IMG/VR virus record: IMGVR_UViG_3300042110_000398
Location: 1 to 36,783 of that record
Length of the DNA: 36,783 nt
From: a virus
Taxonomy: Duplodnaviria > Caudoviricetes
Strand: one strand, 5' to 3'
Part shown: piece after piece, positions 18,713 to 27,237 of the stretch
How the letters are laid out: each line of letters starts with the position of its first letter
Position numbering within the stretch: the stretch's first letter is position 1
Notes under the pieces: generated by a model
The model's database searches: none
What the model was told of the DNA's origin: nothing
What the model saw: only the letters and a program-made list of their open reading frames with translations
Program-made: the position numbers and the translations under genes

Positions 18713-19741
18713 ATGAGTTCAATTAAAGAACTTCGCCAGTTGATAAGGGTCTACCTCGCTGAGGGCGGCTTGAAACTTCCTCCTGAGCACCGTAGAGACC
18801 TCACTCCGAGCATTGTCAGAGAGGCGAGCAGTGTCTACAGAGAATTTTTAAAAGGGTTCAACGCCTGGCTCGAGTCGAGAGGTAAGAAGCCTCTCGAGCC
18901 CATTCGTCCGACCGGCTCCTCGACTTACGCGGAGCGTGACGAGAGGGAGAGACCTGACGCTACTTACGGCGACATCGACTACCTCGTCTCCTTCCCGGTC
19001 GAGTATACGGACCCCGACCTCAACGTGAGGAGGAAGGAGGAGGCCGCCGCCGTGAAGGAGTACACAGAGCTCCTCACCGATTACCTCACCACAGCACGTC
19101 CCTCGATGGTAGACGTGGACCTCACTGTCGGTGGACACCCCCTGATGATCATCGTGAAGGTCCCTTCCGGTGGACTTGCACAGGTCGACACTGTCGTGAC
19201 CCACCCAGCCTACTCAGAGTGGATGAGGGGCAGGTACACCCCAGAGCGTGGCATCAAGGGCTACGTCACTGGGAACCTCTACAAGGCCCTCGGTGACTAT
19301 CTCGTGCTCACAATCGGGACCGAGGGCGTGATGGCCCGTCTCAAGGACGGTGAGAGGGTCCCGTCAAAGTTCAGGTCCGGCGTCACCTACCGCTCGATAT
19401 CCACTGACTTCAGGAACTTCTTCAGGGACATCGCGGACTATGTCATTGAGGGGGCCTACGTCGCTGACCCGCTCCTCGAACAGTACCCGGGAATGGACCC
19501 TGATAATGTAAATGTGAGCGACCTTGCTTATGGTATCATAGGACTCGCTCGGACAATGGAGAGAGCCGGAGAGGTGGACGCCACCGAGATGCTCCGGAAA
19601 ATCCATGAGTCGTTCATCGAAGGGATGGATGACAACGTTCTACGGAAGCTTTCGAAAGAGATCTCGCCTGAGCAAGAGGCAAAGATGCGGAAACTGAACG
19701 TAACGCAGGGAGAGAGGGTCCGCCAGATTTTCGGAGTCTAG
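18713..19741 (+). CDS. Pol-beta-superfamily nucleotidyltransferase-like protein
   Basis: PTGSS...YGDIDYLV and a downstream AQVD third acidic residue; leader LRQLIRVYLAE. Confidence 0.55.
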   Translation: MSSIKELRQLIRVYLAEGGLKLPPEHRRDLTPSIVREASSVYREFLKGFNAWLESRGKKPLEPIRPTGSSTYAERDERERPDATYGDIDYLVSFPVEYTDPDLNVRRKEEAAAVKEYTELLTDYLTTARPSMVDVDLTVGGHPLMIIVKVPSGGLAQVDTVVTHPAYSEWMRGRYTPERGIKGYVTGNLYKALGDYLVLTIGTEGVMARLKDGERVPSKFRSGVTYRSISTDFRNFFRDIADYVIEGAYVADPLLEQYPGMDPDNVNVSDLAYGIIGLARTMERAGEVDATEMLRKIHESFIEGMDDNVLRKLSKEISPEQEAKMRKLNVTQGERVRQIFGV

Positions 19742-19742
19742 C

Positions 19743-20381
19743 GTGAACTGGTTCACAAGCGACCAGCATTTCAACCACGAGAACATTATCAAGTACTGCT
19801 CCCGCCCCTTCGAGTCACTGGGAGCGATGAACGCCGCAATCATTGAGCGGTGGAATGAGACGGTCAGGGACGAGGACACTGTGTACGTCGTGGGTGACGT
19901 GTTTCTCGGAGATGCAGGGGCGGGAGCGGGGATAGTGAGGAAGCTTCGTGGGAAGAAGGTCCTCATCAAGGGAAACCACGACAGGTCGCACCGGACGATG
20001 CTCGAGTCTGGATTCGACGAGGTCTGGCAGCGGAAGTCGATTGAACTCCTTGATGGGAGGAAGGCGCTTCTCTGTCACAAGCCCCTCCCCGAGTCGGTCA
20101 TCAACCACGTCGATCTCCAGGTCCACGGTCACCGGCACTCAGGTCCCATTGTCTCTGGCAAGAGGGTCAACGTGTGTGTCGACCTCTGGGACTATCGTCC
20201 GGTCTCTGAGGAGGAGATCATCGGTCTCCGGCTCGGTTCTCCTCGACCCGATCACGTGAGCGTCGAGGTCACCGCAGAGTTCGTGAAGGTCACTGCATCG
20301 GTGCGGAAGGAGGACTATGAGGGACTCCTCGACCACCTACAGGGTTACTCTCGTACAATCTGGGACATTCGAGAAGAGTGA
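19743..20381 (+). CDS. Calcineurin-like metallophosphoesterase
   Basis: FTSDQHFNH, VVGDV, KGNHD, LCHKP, VHGHRH. Confidence 0.88.
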   Translation: MNWFTSDQHFNHENIIKYCSRPFESLGAMNAAIIERWNETVRDEDTVYVVGDVFLGDAGAGAGIVRKLRGKKVLIKGNHDRSHRTMLESGFDEVWQRKSIELLDGRKALLCHKPLPESVINHVDLQVHGHRHSGPIVSGKRVNVCVDLWDYRPVSEEEIIGLRLGSPRPDHVSVEVTAEFVKVTASVRKEDYEGLLDHLQGYSRTIWDIREE

Positions 20382-20394
20382 ATGGAGGTTACCA

Positions 20395-20625
20395 ATGGCG
20401 TTATCGCTTGAGAACCAGAAGCTAATCCGTGAAAGGGCAAAGGACGCAGGGGATCACCTGAAAGGGAAGCTACCGCCCTGCAAGTTCCTGAAGCAGAGGA
20501 ACTCTTACGCTCACATCTGGGAGCGTCTGAAGTCCCGCCTCGGTCGTTCTTACAAGGACTGTGACGACAGCGAGGTCCCACGAATTCTTGAGATGATTGA
20601 GTGGTACAAGAACAACCCATGTTAG
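20395..20625 (+). CDS. Hypothetical protein
   Basis: ATG 20395 behind GGAGG; RNSYAHIW motif. Confidence 0.65.
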   Translation: MALSLENQKLIRERAKDAGDHLKGKLPPCKFLKQRNSYAHIWERLKSRLGRSYKDCDDSEVPRILEMIEWYKNNPC

Positions 20626-20634
20626 GAGATTGAG

Positions 20635-20838
20635 ATGGAAATCGGTACGAAGGTGAAGGTCATCAATGAGGGCGGTAACGTGTGCGCAGTTGGAACCTAC
20701 CAGGGATCAGGCCTCCCTGCTCGTAGTCTCAATGCCCAGTACCCGCACCTGCAGCACTACGCGATATTCGTGGAGAACCAGATGCGGTACTACCCGACTG
20801 GCTTCCACACCCTCGTGAAGGCAGGCCCGAACGATTGA
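20635..20838 (+). CDS. Small hypothetical protein (possible SH3/KOW-like barrel)
   Basis: AGGAG RBS; MEIGTKVKV start. Confidence 0.6.
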   Translation: MEIGTKVKVINEGGNVCAVGTYQGSGLPARSLNAQYPHLQHYAIFVENQMRYYPTGFHTLVKAGPND

Positions 20839-21032
20839 AGAAGGGCGACATCGTCAGGTTCACTCTTCACCCTGATGACGGCTTGTACGTGGTCGTGAAA
20901 GGTCCGTATGAGTCGTCATTTGTTGTGACAAAGTACCTCACCGAGACGAGACTTGTCGTGGACCTCTACGGTGAGGAAGGACTCCTTGAGAGAGTCCCGC
21001 CAACCTCGCTTGAGATTGTGACAAGGTCTTGA
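20835..21032 (+). CDS. Small hypothetical protein (possible SH3/KOW-like barrel)
   Basis: TTGA overlap; MKKGDIVRF start. Confidence 0.55.
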   Translation: MKKGDIVRFTLHPDDGLYVVVKGPYESSFVVTKYLTETRLVVDLYGEEGLLERVPPTSLEIVTRS

Positions 21033-21057
21033 ACAACTCGACGCAGAATTCTACAGT
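21029..21057 (+). promoter_or_regulatory. Possible sigma70-type promoter for the dnaE operon
   Basis: TTGAAC-17 nt-TACAGT followed by an AAGGAG RBS. Confidence 0.45.
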
Positions 21058-21075
21058 ACCTCACAAGGAGTAGCA

Positions 21076-24000
21076 ATGTCAAATGTTCCTTCCCGTTTCG
21101 TGGGTTTACATTCTCATGACGGGTTCAGTGTTTATGACGGGCTCGGCCTCCCACAGGAGCATATCGACTTCTGCGTTGAGAATGGTCTTGACGCATGGTC
21201 GATGACGAATCACGGACACATGAACTCCTTCGGCCACGCCTGGCTTCATGCTGACAAGATGAAGAAGGCAGGTGGGAATTTCAAGCTCATCCCTGGGTGT
21301 GAGATGTACCTCCATCCCGACCTGGAAGAGTGGAGGAAGGACGCTCGAGCTGCCAAGGAAGACGGTGGTGGAAAGCGTCGGAAGAAGAAGGAAGAGGAGC
21401 TTGCGACCCCGCTTGTCGCGGTCGTGGACGGGAATGACGAGGCGGTTGACGTCGGGCTTGACACTGCGGCTTTGACCGTTGAGAACGAGGAAGAGACGAA
21501 GTCCAACAAGTTCTACAACCCCGTGAATCGTCGACACCACCTCGTGGTAATTCCGAAGACTTCAAAGGGTCTGGAGCGCCTCTTTGGGCTTGTCTCTCGA
21601 TCCTACGCTGAGGGTTTCTACAGGTTCCCTCGAATTGACTACAAGATGTTGAAGGAAGCTGCACAGGGTGACTTCTTCGTTTCGACAGCCTGCATCGGCG
21701 GTCCTCTCGCCTGGGAGACCTTCCAAGAGATTCAGAATGTCGAATTCGAGAACCTGAACTGGCGTCTCCTCAATGACCCGTCCCTGATGGAGCGGACCCT
21801 TTCCCGTATCGGTGAGACTTACGGTCGGCTCACCGATGCCGTCGGCCGTGAGAACCTCCACCTTGAGATTCAGTTCAATCGACTTCCAGCTCAGCACCTG
21901 GCAAACCGAGCTCTCATCGAGTTTGCTCGGAGGGAGGGTCTCACTGAAAAGCTCGTGGTGACCTGTGACTCTCACTATGCCCGTCCGGAGCACTGGAAGG
22001 AGCGTGAGATCTACAAGAAGCTGGGGCGTCTTGCTTTCGAGACTTTCAACCCAGACTCTCTACCGAAGTCGAGGGAGGATCTCAAGTGTGAGCTCTACCC
22101 GAAGAATGCGAAGCAGGTCTGGGAGACCTACATGGAGACCCGTGGAGACGCGGACTTCTACGATGACGTGATGGTGAAGGAAGCTGTTGAGCGGACCTGG
22201 GACATTGCTCACAGCACCATCGGTGACGTCCAGCCTGATCGTTCCGTGAAGCTCCCGACTTATGTCATCCCAGAGGGCAAGAGCGGCATTGAGGCTCTCA
22301 CCGAGTCCGTGAAGGAGGGCCTGAAGAAGAAGGGTCTCCACACGAACAAGGAGTACGTCCAGCGGGCCATCTACGAGCTGAAGGTCATTAAGGACAAGGA
22401 CTTCGCTTCCTACTTCCTCACGATGAAGGAGATCCTCCAGACCGCACGTGAGAAGATGTTTGTCGGTCCTGGTCGAGGCTCCGCGGCAGGAAGCCTTGTC
22501 TGCTACGTCCTTGGAATTACCGACGTAGACCCGATCAAGTACGACCTCCTCTTCGAACGTTTCCTCTCTCCTGACCGAGAGGGCCTGCCTGACATTGACA
22601 CGGACGTTGAGAACCGCGATCTTCTCCTTGAGCTTCTTCGAGGAAGGTTCGGTGATGAGAACATTGTTCCGATCTCGAATTACAACACCTTCAAGTTGAA
22701 GTCCCTCATTCGAGACATCTCGAGGTTCCACGATATTCCCCTCGAAGAGGTGAATGACGCTCTTCGAACCGTGGAGAGGGATGTCGTCAACAATGTCCGA
22801 AAGGCAGGTGACGACAAGAACCTCTTCGTGCTCACTTTCGAGGACTCTTACGAGTACTGCAAGTCCTTCAAGGACTTCATCGACAAGTACCCGCAGATCG
22901 GGGAGAGCGTGAAGGTCCTCTTCCGGCAGAACAAGGCGCTTGGTCGACATGCCGGTGGTGTCATCGTCTCTGAGAAGATCGCGGAGCGGATGCCCCTCAT
23001 CGCGGCAAGAGGTGAGAGCCAGACTCCTTGGGTCGAGGGAATGAACTACAAACACCTTGAGATGCTCGGGTGGGTGAAGTTCGACCTTCTCGGTCTTGAA
23101 ACTCTCCGAATCATCAGGAAAGCTATCGAGCTCATCCTACAGCGTCACCATGGTGTGAAGAACCCGACGTTCGCAGAGGTGAAGGACTGGTTCGACAAGA
23201 ACATGGCGCATGAGGTGATCGACTTCAATGACCAGAGGGTCTATGAGAACGTCTACCACGAAGCGACAACTCGAACCCCGGGCGTCTTCCAGTTGACATC
23301 TGCCGGAGCCCAGAAGCTCTTTCAGAAGGCGAAGCCGAAGTCTATCGTCGACATTGCGACTCTGACATCGATTTACCGACCTGGCCCCCTCGCCGCAAAG
23401 GTCGATAAGCTCTACCTTGAAGCGAGAGCGAACCCACGGGACATCGATTACAAGCATCCGCTCATCAAGCAGGTCCTCGAGCCCACCTTCGGGTGTATCA
23501 TCTTCCAGGAACAGCTGATGGCACTATGCAATGTGGTTGCCGGTTTCCCGAAGTCCGAGTGTGACAAGGTCCGAAAGAACATCCTGAAGCGCCAGGGAGG
23601 TAACCCTGAAGAGTCGATGAAGAAGGCGAAGGCGATGAAGGACAACTTCGTCCAGGGTTCCGTGAAGAACGGGGTGAGGGAAGACATCGCTTCGAAACTC
23701 TGGGACGACATCCTCTTCTTCGCAGGTTACGGATTCAACGCTTCTCATGCCGTGGCTTACGCAATCGACTCTTACTACTGCGCATGGCTCCTCACCTACT
23801 ACGAGGCAGAATGGCTCTGTGCCTATCTCGAGTCGATGATCGGGAATCCTGAATCGAGAGCTGAAGCAATCGCCGCGGTGAAGAGCTTCGGGTACGAGGT
23901 CGGAAAGGTGGACGTCAATGAATCCACGAATGACTGGACAATCTCCAGCTCGAGGAAGGCTTTCATTCCGTCCTTCTCGACTGTGAAATCGGTGGGCTCT

Positions 24001-24666
24001 GCCGCCATCGAAGAGATCACGGAGCTCCGGCCCTACATCGACATCAAGGACCTCTTCTACAATCCTGATGGAAGCTGGAAACACAGCAAGTTCAACAGGA
24101 AGGGGATGGAGGCCCTCATCAAGCTGAAGGGTTTTGACTCGATGAACATTGTCGGTCCTGACAAGTTCTTCTCTTCCTACAAGCACATGCACCACGTGGT
24201 GATCGAATCGGCAGAATTTGTCCGAAAGCACTCGAAGAGGGATCCGTGGGTCGGATACAAGAAGATGGTTGAGCTTGCGACCGAGACACATGGGATGGAG
24301 GAGTGGACGAAGAAAGAGTCAGCCCTCTTCCAGAGAGAGCTTGTCGGAGATGTCGACGCCTACAGCCTCATGACCGCCGAGACGAAGAAGAAGCTTGAGG
24401 AGAATGAGGTGAGGCCCATCGATCAATGGGAGATTCTTGACCTCTACTGGTTCATGGTGAAGGGATCTGTCGAGAAGACCACGAAGAAGGGCAAGCCCTA
24501 CCTCCTCCTTGAGGTCGCTGGAGTCGACGGTACAGCGAAGAGGATGTACCTCTGGGACTGGGACGGCAAGACAAATTTCGAGCCCTACACCATCTGCATC
24601 GGTGAGGTAGACAAGTCGGACTTTGGTTTCGCTTCTAAGCTTCGAAAGATGAAAATCCTGGGATGA
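21076..24666 (+). CDS. dnaE: Family C DNA polymerase (DNA polymerase III alpha-like)
   Basis: PHP domain LHSH..YDG; GPGRGSAAGSLV; LLFERFL..R..LPDIDTD; GRHAGG; KFDLLGL; FAGYGFNASHAVAY; C-terminal OB fold. Confidence 0.95.
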   Translation: MSNVPSRFVGLHSHDGFSVYDGLGLPQEHIDFCVENGLDAWSMTNHGHMNSFGHAWLHADKMKKAGGNFKLIPGCEMYLHPDLEEWRKDARAAKEDGGGKRRKKKEEELATPLVAVVDGNDEAVDVGLDTAALTVENEEETKSNKFYNPVNRRHHLVVIPKTSKGLERLFGLVSRSYAEGFYRFPRIDYKMLKEAAQGDFFVSTACIGGPLAWETFQEIQNVEFENLNWRLLNDPSLMERTLSRIGETYGRLTDAVGRENLHLEIQFNRLPAQHLANRALIEFARREGLTEKLVVTCDSHYARPEHWKEREIYKKLGRLAFETFNPDSLPKSREDLKCELYPKNAKQVWETYMETRGDADFYDDVMVKEAVERTWDIAHSTIGDVQPDRSVKLPTYVIPEGKSGIEALTESVKEGLKKKGLHTNKEYVQRAIYELKVIKDKDFASYFLTMKEILQTAREKMFVGPGRGSAAGSLVCYVLGITDVDPIKYDLLFERFLSPDREGLPDIDTDVENRDLLLELLRGRFGDENIVPISNYNTFKLKSLIRDISRFHDIPLEEVNDALRTVERDVVNNVRKAGDDKNLFVLTFEDSYEYCKSFKDFIDKYPQIGESVKVLFRQNKALGRHAGGVIVSEKIAERMPLIAARGESQTPWVEGMNYKHLEMLGWVKFDLLGLETLRIIRKAIELILQRHHGVKNPTFAEVKDWFDKNMAHEVIDFNDQRVYENVYHEATTRTPGVFQLTSAGAQKLFQKAKPKSIVDIATLTSIYRPGPLAAKVDKLYLEARANPRDIDYKHPLIKQVLEPTFGCIIFQEQLMALCNVVAGFPKSECDKVRKNILKRQGGNPEESMKKAKAMKDNFVQGSVKNGVREDIASKLWDDILFFAGYGFNASHAVAYAIDSYYCAWLLTYYEAEWLCAYLESMIGNPESRAEAIAAVKSFGYEVGKVDVNESTNDWTISSSRKAFIPSFSTVKSVGSAAIEEITELRPYIDIKDLFYNPDGSWKHSKFNRKGMEALIKLKGFDSMNIVGPDKFFSSYKHMHHVVIESAEFVRKHSKRDPWVGYKKMVELATETHGMEEWTKKESALFQRELVGDVDAYSLMTAETKKKLEENEVRPIDQWEILDLYWFMVKGSVEKTTKKGKPYLLLEVAGVDGTAKRMYLWDWDGKTNFEPYTICIGEVDKSDFGFASKLRKMKILG

Positions 24667-24695
24667 ATGAGTATTATCTCAATGAAGGAGAGCGT

Positions 24696-25763
24696 ATGAA
24701 CATCGGTTACAGCTTCTGGGGATATCTCACGCCCTTTGAAGAGAACAATGTCGTGGCCACGCCTGACGGTGAACGCGGTAATCGTGTCGACTTTGTCGAT
24801 GAGATGCTGAAGCGTGGACACAAGGTCACGAGGCTTCAGATTCAACGTGATGAGAAGCCATACAAGAATGTCGAGCTCCATGCCGACGGCGGTTTTCCGG
24901 ACGTTGATGTCGCTTACTTCGAGTGGCGATGGCCGACATGGAAGAATGACGTCACCGTCGGTGGAGACAGGGCTTCCGAGCCTGACTACCGCCGTCAGAT
25001 GGCCTGTCTGAATCACTACCACCGTAAGGGAGTTCCGATCATCATCCACGACGGTGATCTGAAGATGACTCCTGCCGAGGAGGAGATGTTCCCAAATGCA
25101 GTCCTCAGTGACGCATGTGTGAACCCCCGTGTCCAGACAAGGAAGCGCTTGACCCTTCCCTGGTGTAACTACCTCAATCGACGCCTGAAGACTGTCGAGT
25201 ACTCTTACAACTACACCTACGTGGGTAACAACTACGAGCGTGACCAGCAGTTCAAGAAGTACTACGGACTTCCCGCCAGGGGTCTGCGAGACCGAGGAGT
25301 GCAGACGATTGTCTATGGGAACTGGCTTGACAGGAGTCCTGAGAGACGAGACCCTCACCATCTCTTGAGGGAGAACCCATACGTCTCTTTTGGCGGTCGA
25401 CTGGCGTACAACGAGATCTTTGACGCATTCAACCGCTCAATCGCGGTAACGCACATCACGAAAGACGAGTACACACCCTTCGGCAACATCACAGGTCGTT
25501 TCATGGAGGGCGTGATGTCTGATGTCGTGGCTCTTATTCCGAGTGAATACGTCCACGCTCGACCTGTCGGTCTCGGAGAGTTTGTTGTGGACAGTCCTGA
25601 GGACGTTATCAGGTGCGTCAATGTCCTCAACAATATGTCGGCAGTTGATCGTCATCAAATTGTTCAGGAGCAGGAAAGGGCTCTTCGAAAGGTCGTGGAT
25701 ATCCGGCCTGAGCACAGGGTCGACATCATCGAGGCTGTAGCAAAGGGAGAGATCAAGGCATGA
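24696..25763 (+). CDS. GT-B DNA glycosyltransferase, T4 beta-glucosyltransferase-like
   Basis: By-eye colinearity with T4 Bgt as I recall it: TPDGE (PSSE), IIHD (LFTD), VYGN (FFGN), SIA..I..EY..NITGRFME..SDVVALI (AIA..NY..FITLRVWE..SDAVMLI); ATG 24696 behind AAGGAG (alternative start 24663). Confidence 0.7.
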   Translation: MNIGYSFWGYLTPFEENNVVATPDGERGNRVDFVDEMLKRGHKVTRLQIQRDEKPYKNVELHADGGFPDVDVAYFEWRWPTWKNDVTVGGDRASEPDYRRQMACLNHYHRKGVPIIIHDGDLKMTPAEEEMFPNAVLSDACVNPRVQTRKRLTLPWCNYLNRRLKTVEYSYNYTYVGNNYERDQQFKKYYGLPARGLRDRGVQTIVYGNWLDRSPERRDPHHLLRENPYVSFGGRLAYNEIFDAFNRSIAVTHITKDEYTPFGNITGRFMEGVMSDVVALIPSEYVHARPVGLGEFVVDSPEDVIRCVNVLNNMSAVDRHQIVQEQERALRKVVDIRPEHRVDIIEAVAKGEIKA

Positions 25764-26281
25764 GCGTTCTAGTGGCATTCGAAGGGCCGGACATGTGCGG
25801 CAAGACTGAGATAGCCAGAGAGCTATCTCGTCAGCTCGGAGTCAATGTCTATAAGAACTCGGGAGAGTGGACTACGGACCTGAAGAGCCCAGACTACTTC
25901 AAGAACCTTCTCGTGTTCGGCGGTACCTTTCTAATCGATTTTATCAGTCAGGTCAGGCCTCAAGCGATTCTTGACAGATACTATCCGTCGGAGTGGGTCT
26001 ACTCACGTCTCTTCGACAGGGAAACTGACAACGACATCCTCCGCAGGATTGACGAAAAGTTTGCAGAATCCGGTGGGAAGATTGTCCTCTTTCGCAGGAA
26101 GAGCTATAATGGGATTCAAGATGACCTGCACAGCTACATCGACGAGAAACTTCTGATGAGGCTTGACGCTCTCTACGAAGACTTCTCTAAGTGGACGACC
26201 TGCCCGGTCCTTACTGTCTGGGTCGATGACGAAGACCTCAATCGTGAAGTGAGTGAGATCCGGGAATGGCTGAACGCATGA
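25760..26281 (+). CDS. dNMP kinase (thymidylate-kinase-like)
   Basis: FEGPDMCGKT P-loop; ILDRYYPSEWVY; ATGA overlap. Confidence 0.85.
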   Translation: MSVLVAFEGPDMCGKTEIARELSRQLGVNVYKNSGEWTTDLKSPDYFKNLLVFGGTFLIDFISQVRPQAILDRYYPSEWVYSRLFDRETDNDILRRIDEKFAESGGKIVLFRRKSYNGIQDDLHSYIDEKLLMRLDALYEDFSKWTTCPVLTVWVDDEDLNREVSEIREWLNA

Positions 26282-27234
26282 AGTCCTACGACAGTTTCAC
26301 ACGAGCCTACGTAGACCTCTGTCGTCTCATCAGAGATGAACATGAGTTTGAGTCGGCCCCTCGGGGGATGAAGATAAAGGAGAGCCTCGGTGTCCAGTTT
26401 CGTATCAAGAATCCTCGCGACCGTCTCCCTCTGGTTGCGGCTCGAAACTTCTCGGCCGCGTACTTCGTTGCGGAAACGCTCTGGTACCTGTCAGGATCCG
26501 ATTCCACTGCATGGATCTCCCGGTACGCTTCCTTCTGGAAAAATATCACAGACGACGGTGTGACGGCGAACTCCGCCTACGGTGCTCGAATCTTCCGTCC
26601 GCATGACAGGATTGCTAACAGAGGAATTGTGCAGTGGGATTACGTGAAGGAGGAGCTCCGGAAGGACCCTGACTCCCGTCGAGCTGTCATCCACATCAGG
26701 ACACCTGACGACTCTCTCCACGCTGTGAAGGATGTCCCGTGCACTCTCGCCCTCCAGTTCTTCATCCGTGAGGGCAAGCTTCACCTCCACGTCAACATGC
26801 GTTCCAGCGACATCATCCTCGGGATCGCTTATGATGTCCCTGCGTTCACCACGATGCAGGAGATCATGGCGAACGAGCTGGGTGTCGGTCTCGGTGAGTA
26901 TGTCCACACATCGAACTCTCTTCACTGCTATGAGAGGGACTTCGAGATGCTGGACGCTATAGCGAATGACGACGATGCAAAGGGCTGTCAGATGGCTCCC
27001 TTGCCGGAAGTCTTTCCCACAGAGAAGCTTCTTGCGTACGAGCAGATGGTTCAGGGGCTGACCGAGTCCGAGCTGAGAGACGGGGTCCACGAGATGGGAA
27101 GGGAAGAGCAGCTCGTGAGAGACTGGACTCTCGTCCTCGGAAGCTTCAGGGCGAGGAAGCTGAAGGACGATCGACTTGCGAAGATCCAGCTCCTCTCTAC
27201 CACTGACAGAGTCTACCACTTCTACAATAGGTGA
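26278..27234 (+). CDS. ThyA-fold enzyme, predicted dCMP hydroxymethylase (or methylase)
   Basis: AETLWYLSG, DSRRAVI, DVPCT (catalytic Cys), MRSSDIILGIAYD with Asp at the position of dUMP-specifying Asn177, SLHCYE; ATGA overlap at 26278 (alternative start 26266). Confidence 0.8.
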   Translation: MKSYDSFTRAYVDLCRLIRDEHEFESAPRGMKIKESLGVQFRIKNPRDRLPLVAARNFSAAYFVAETLWYLSGSDSTAWISRYASFWKNITDDGVTANSAYGARIFRPHDRIANRGIVQWDYVKEELRKDPDSRRAVIHIRTPDDSLHAVKDVPCTLALQFFIREGKLHLHVNMRSSDIILGIAYDVPAFTTMQEIMANELGVGLGEYVHTSNSLHCYERDFEMLDAIANDDDAKGCQMAPLPEVFPTEKLLAYEQMVQGLTESELRDGVHEMGREEQLVRDWTLVLGSFRARKLKDDRLAKIQLLSTTDRVYHFYNR

Positions 27235-27237
27235 AAC

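Noticed and set aside
499-24666. Inteins or introns in dnaB, nrdJ or dnaE
   Set aside because: The ORFs are continuous, lengths are ordinary, and I saw no intein splice or LAGLIDADG motifs.
469-27219. Long antisense ORFs over dnaB, nrdJ, dnaE and the ThyA-fold gene (469..1395, 2835..3653, 22060..23055, 23524..24291, 26491..27219)
   Set aside because: Expected from strong codon bias leaving the reverse frame stop-poor; they fully overlap well-supported genes.
26278-27234. Annotation as ordinary thyA
   Set aside because: Asp at the Asn177 position, PCT instead of PCH, a separate ThyX, and the GT/kinase context.
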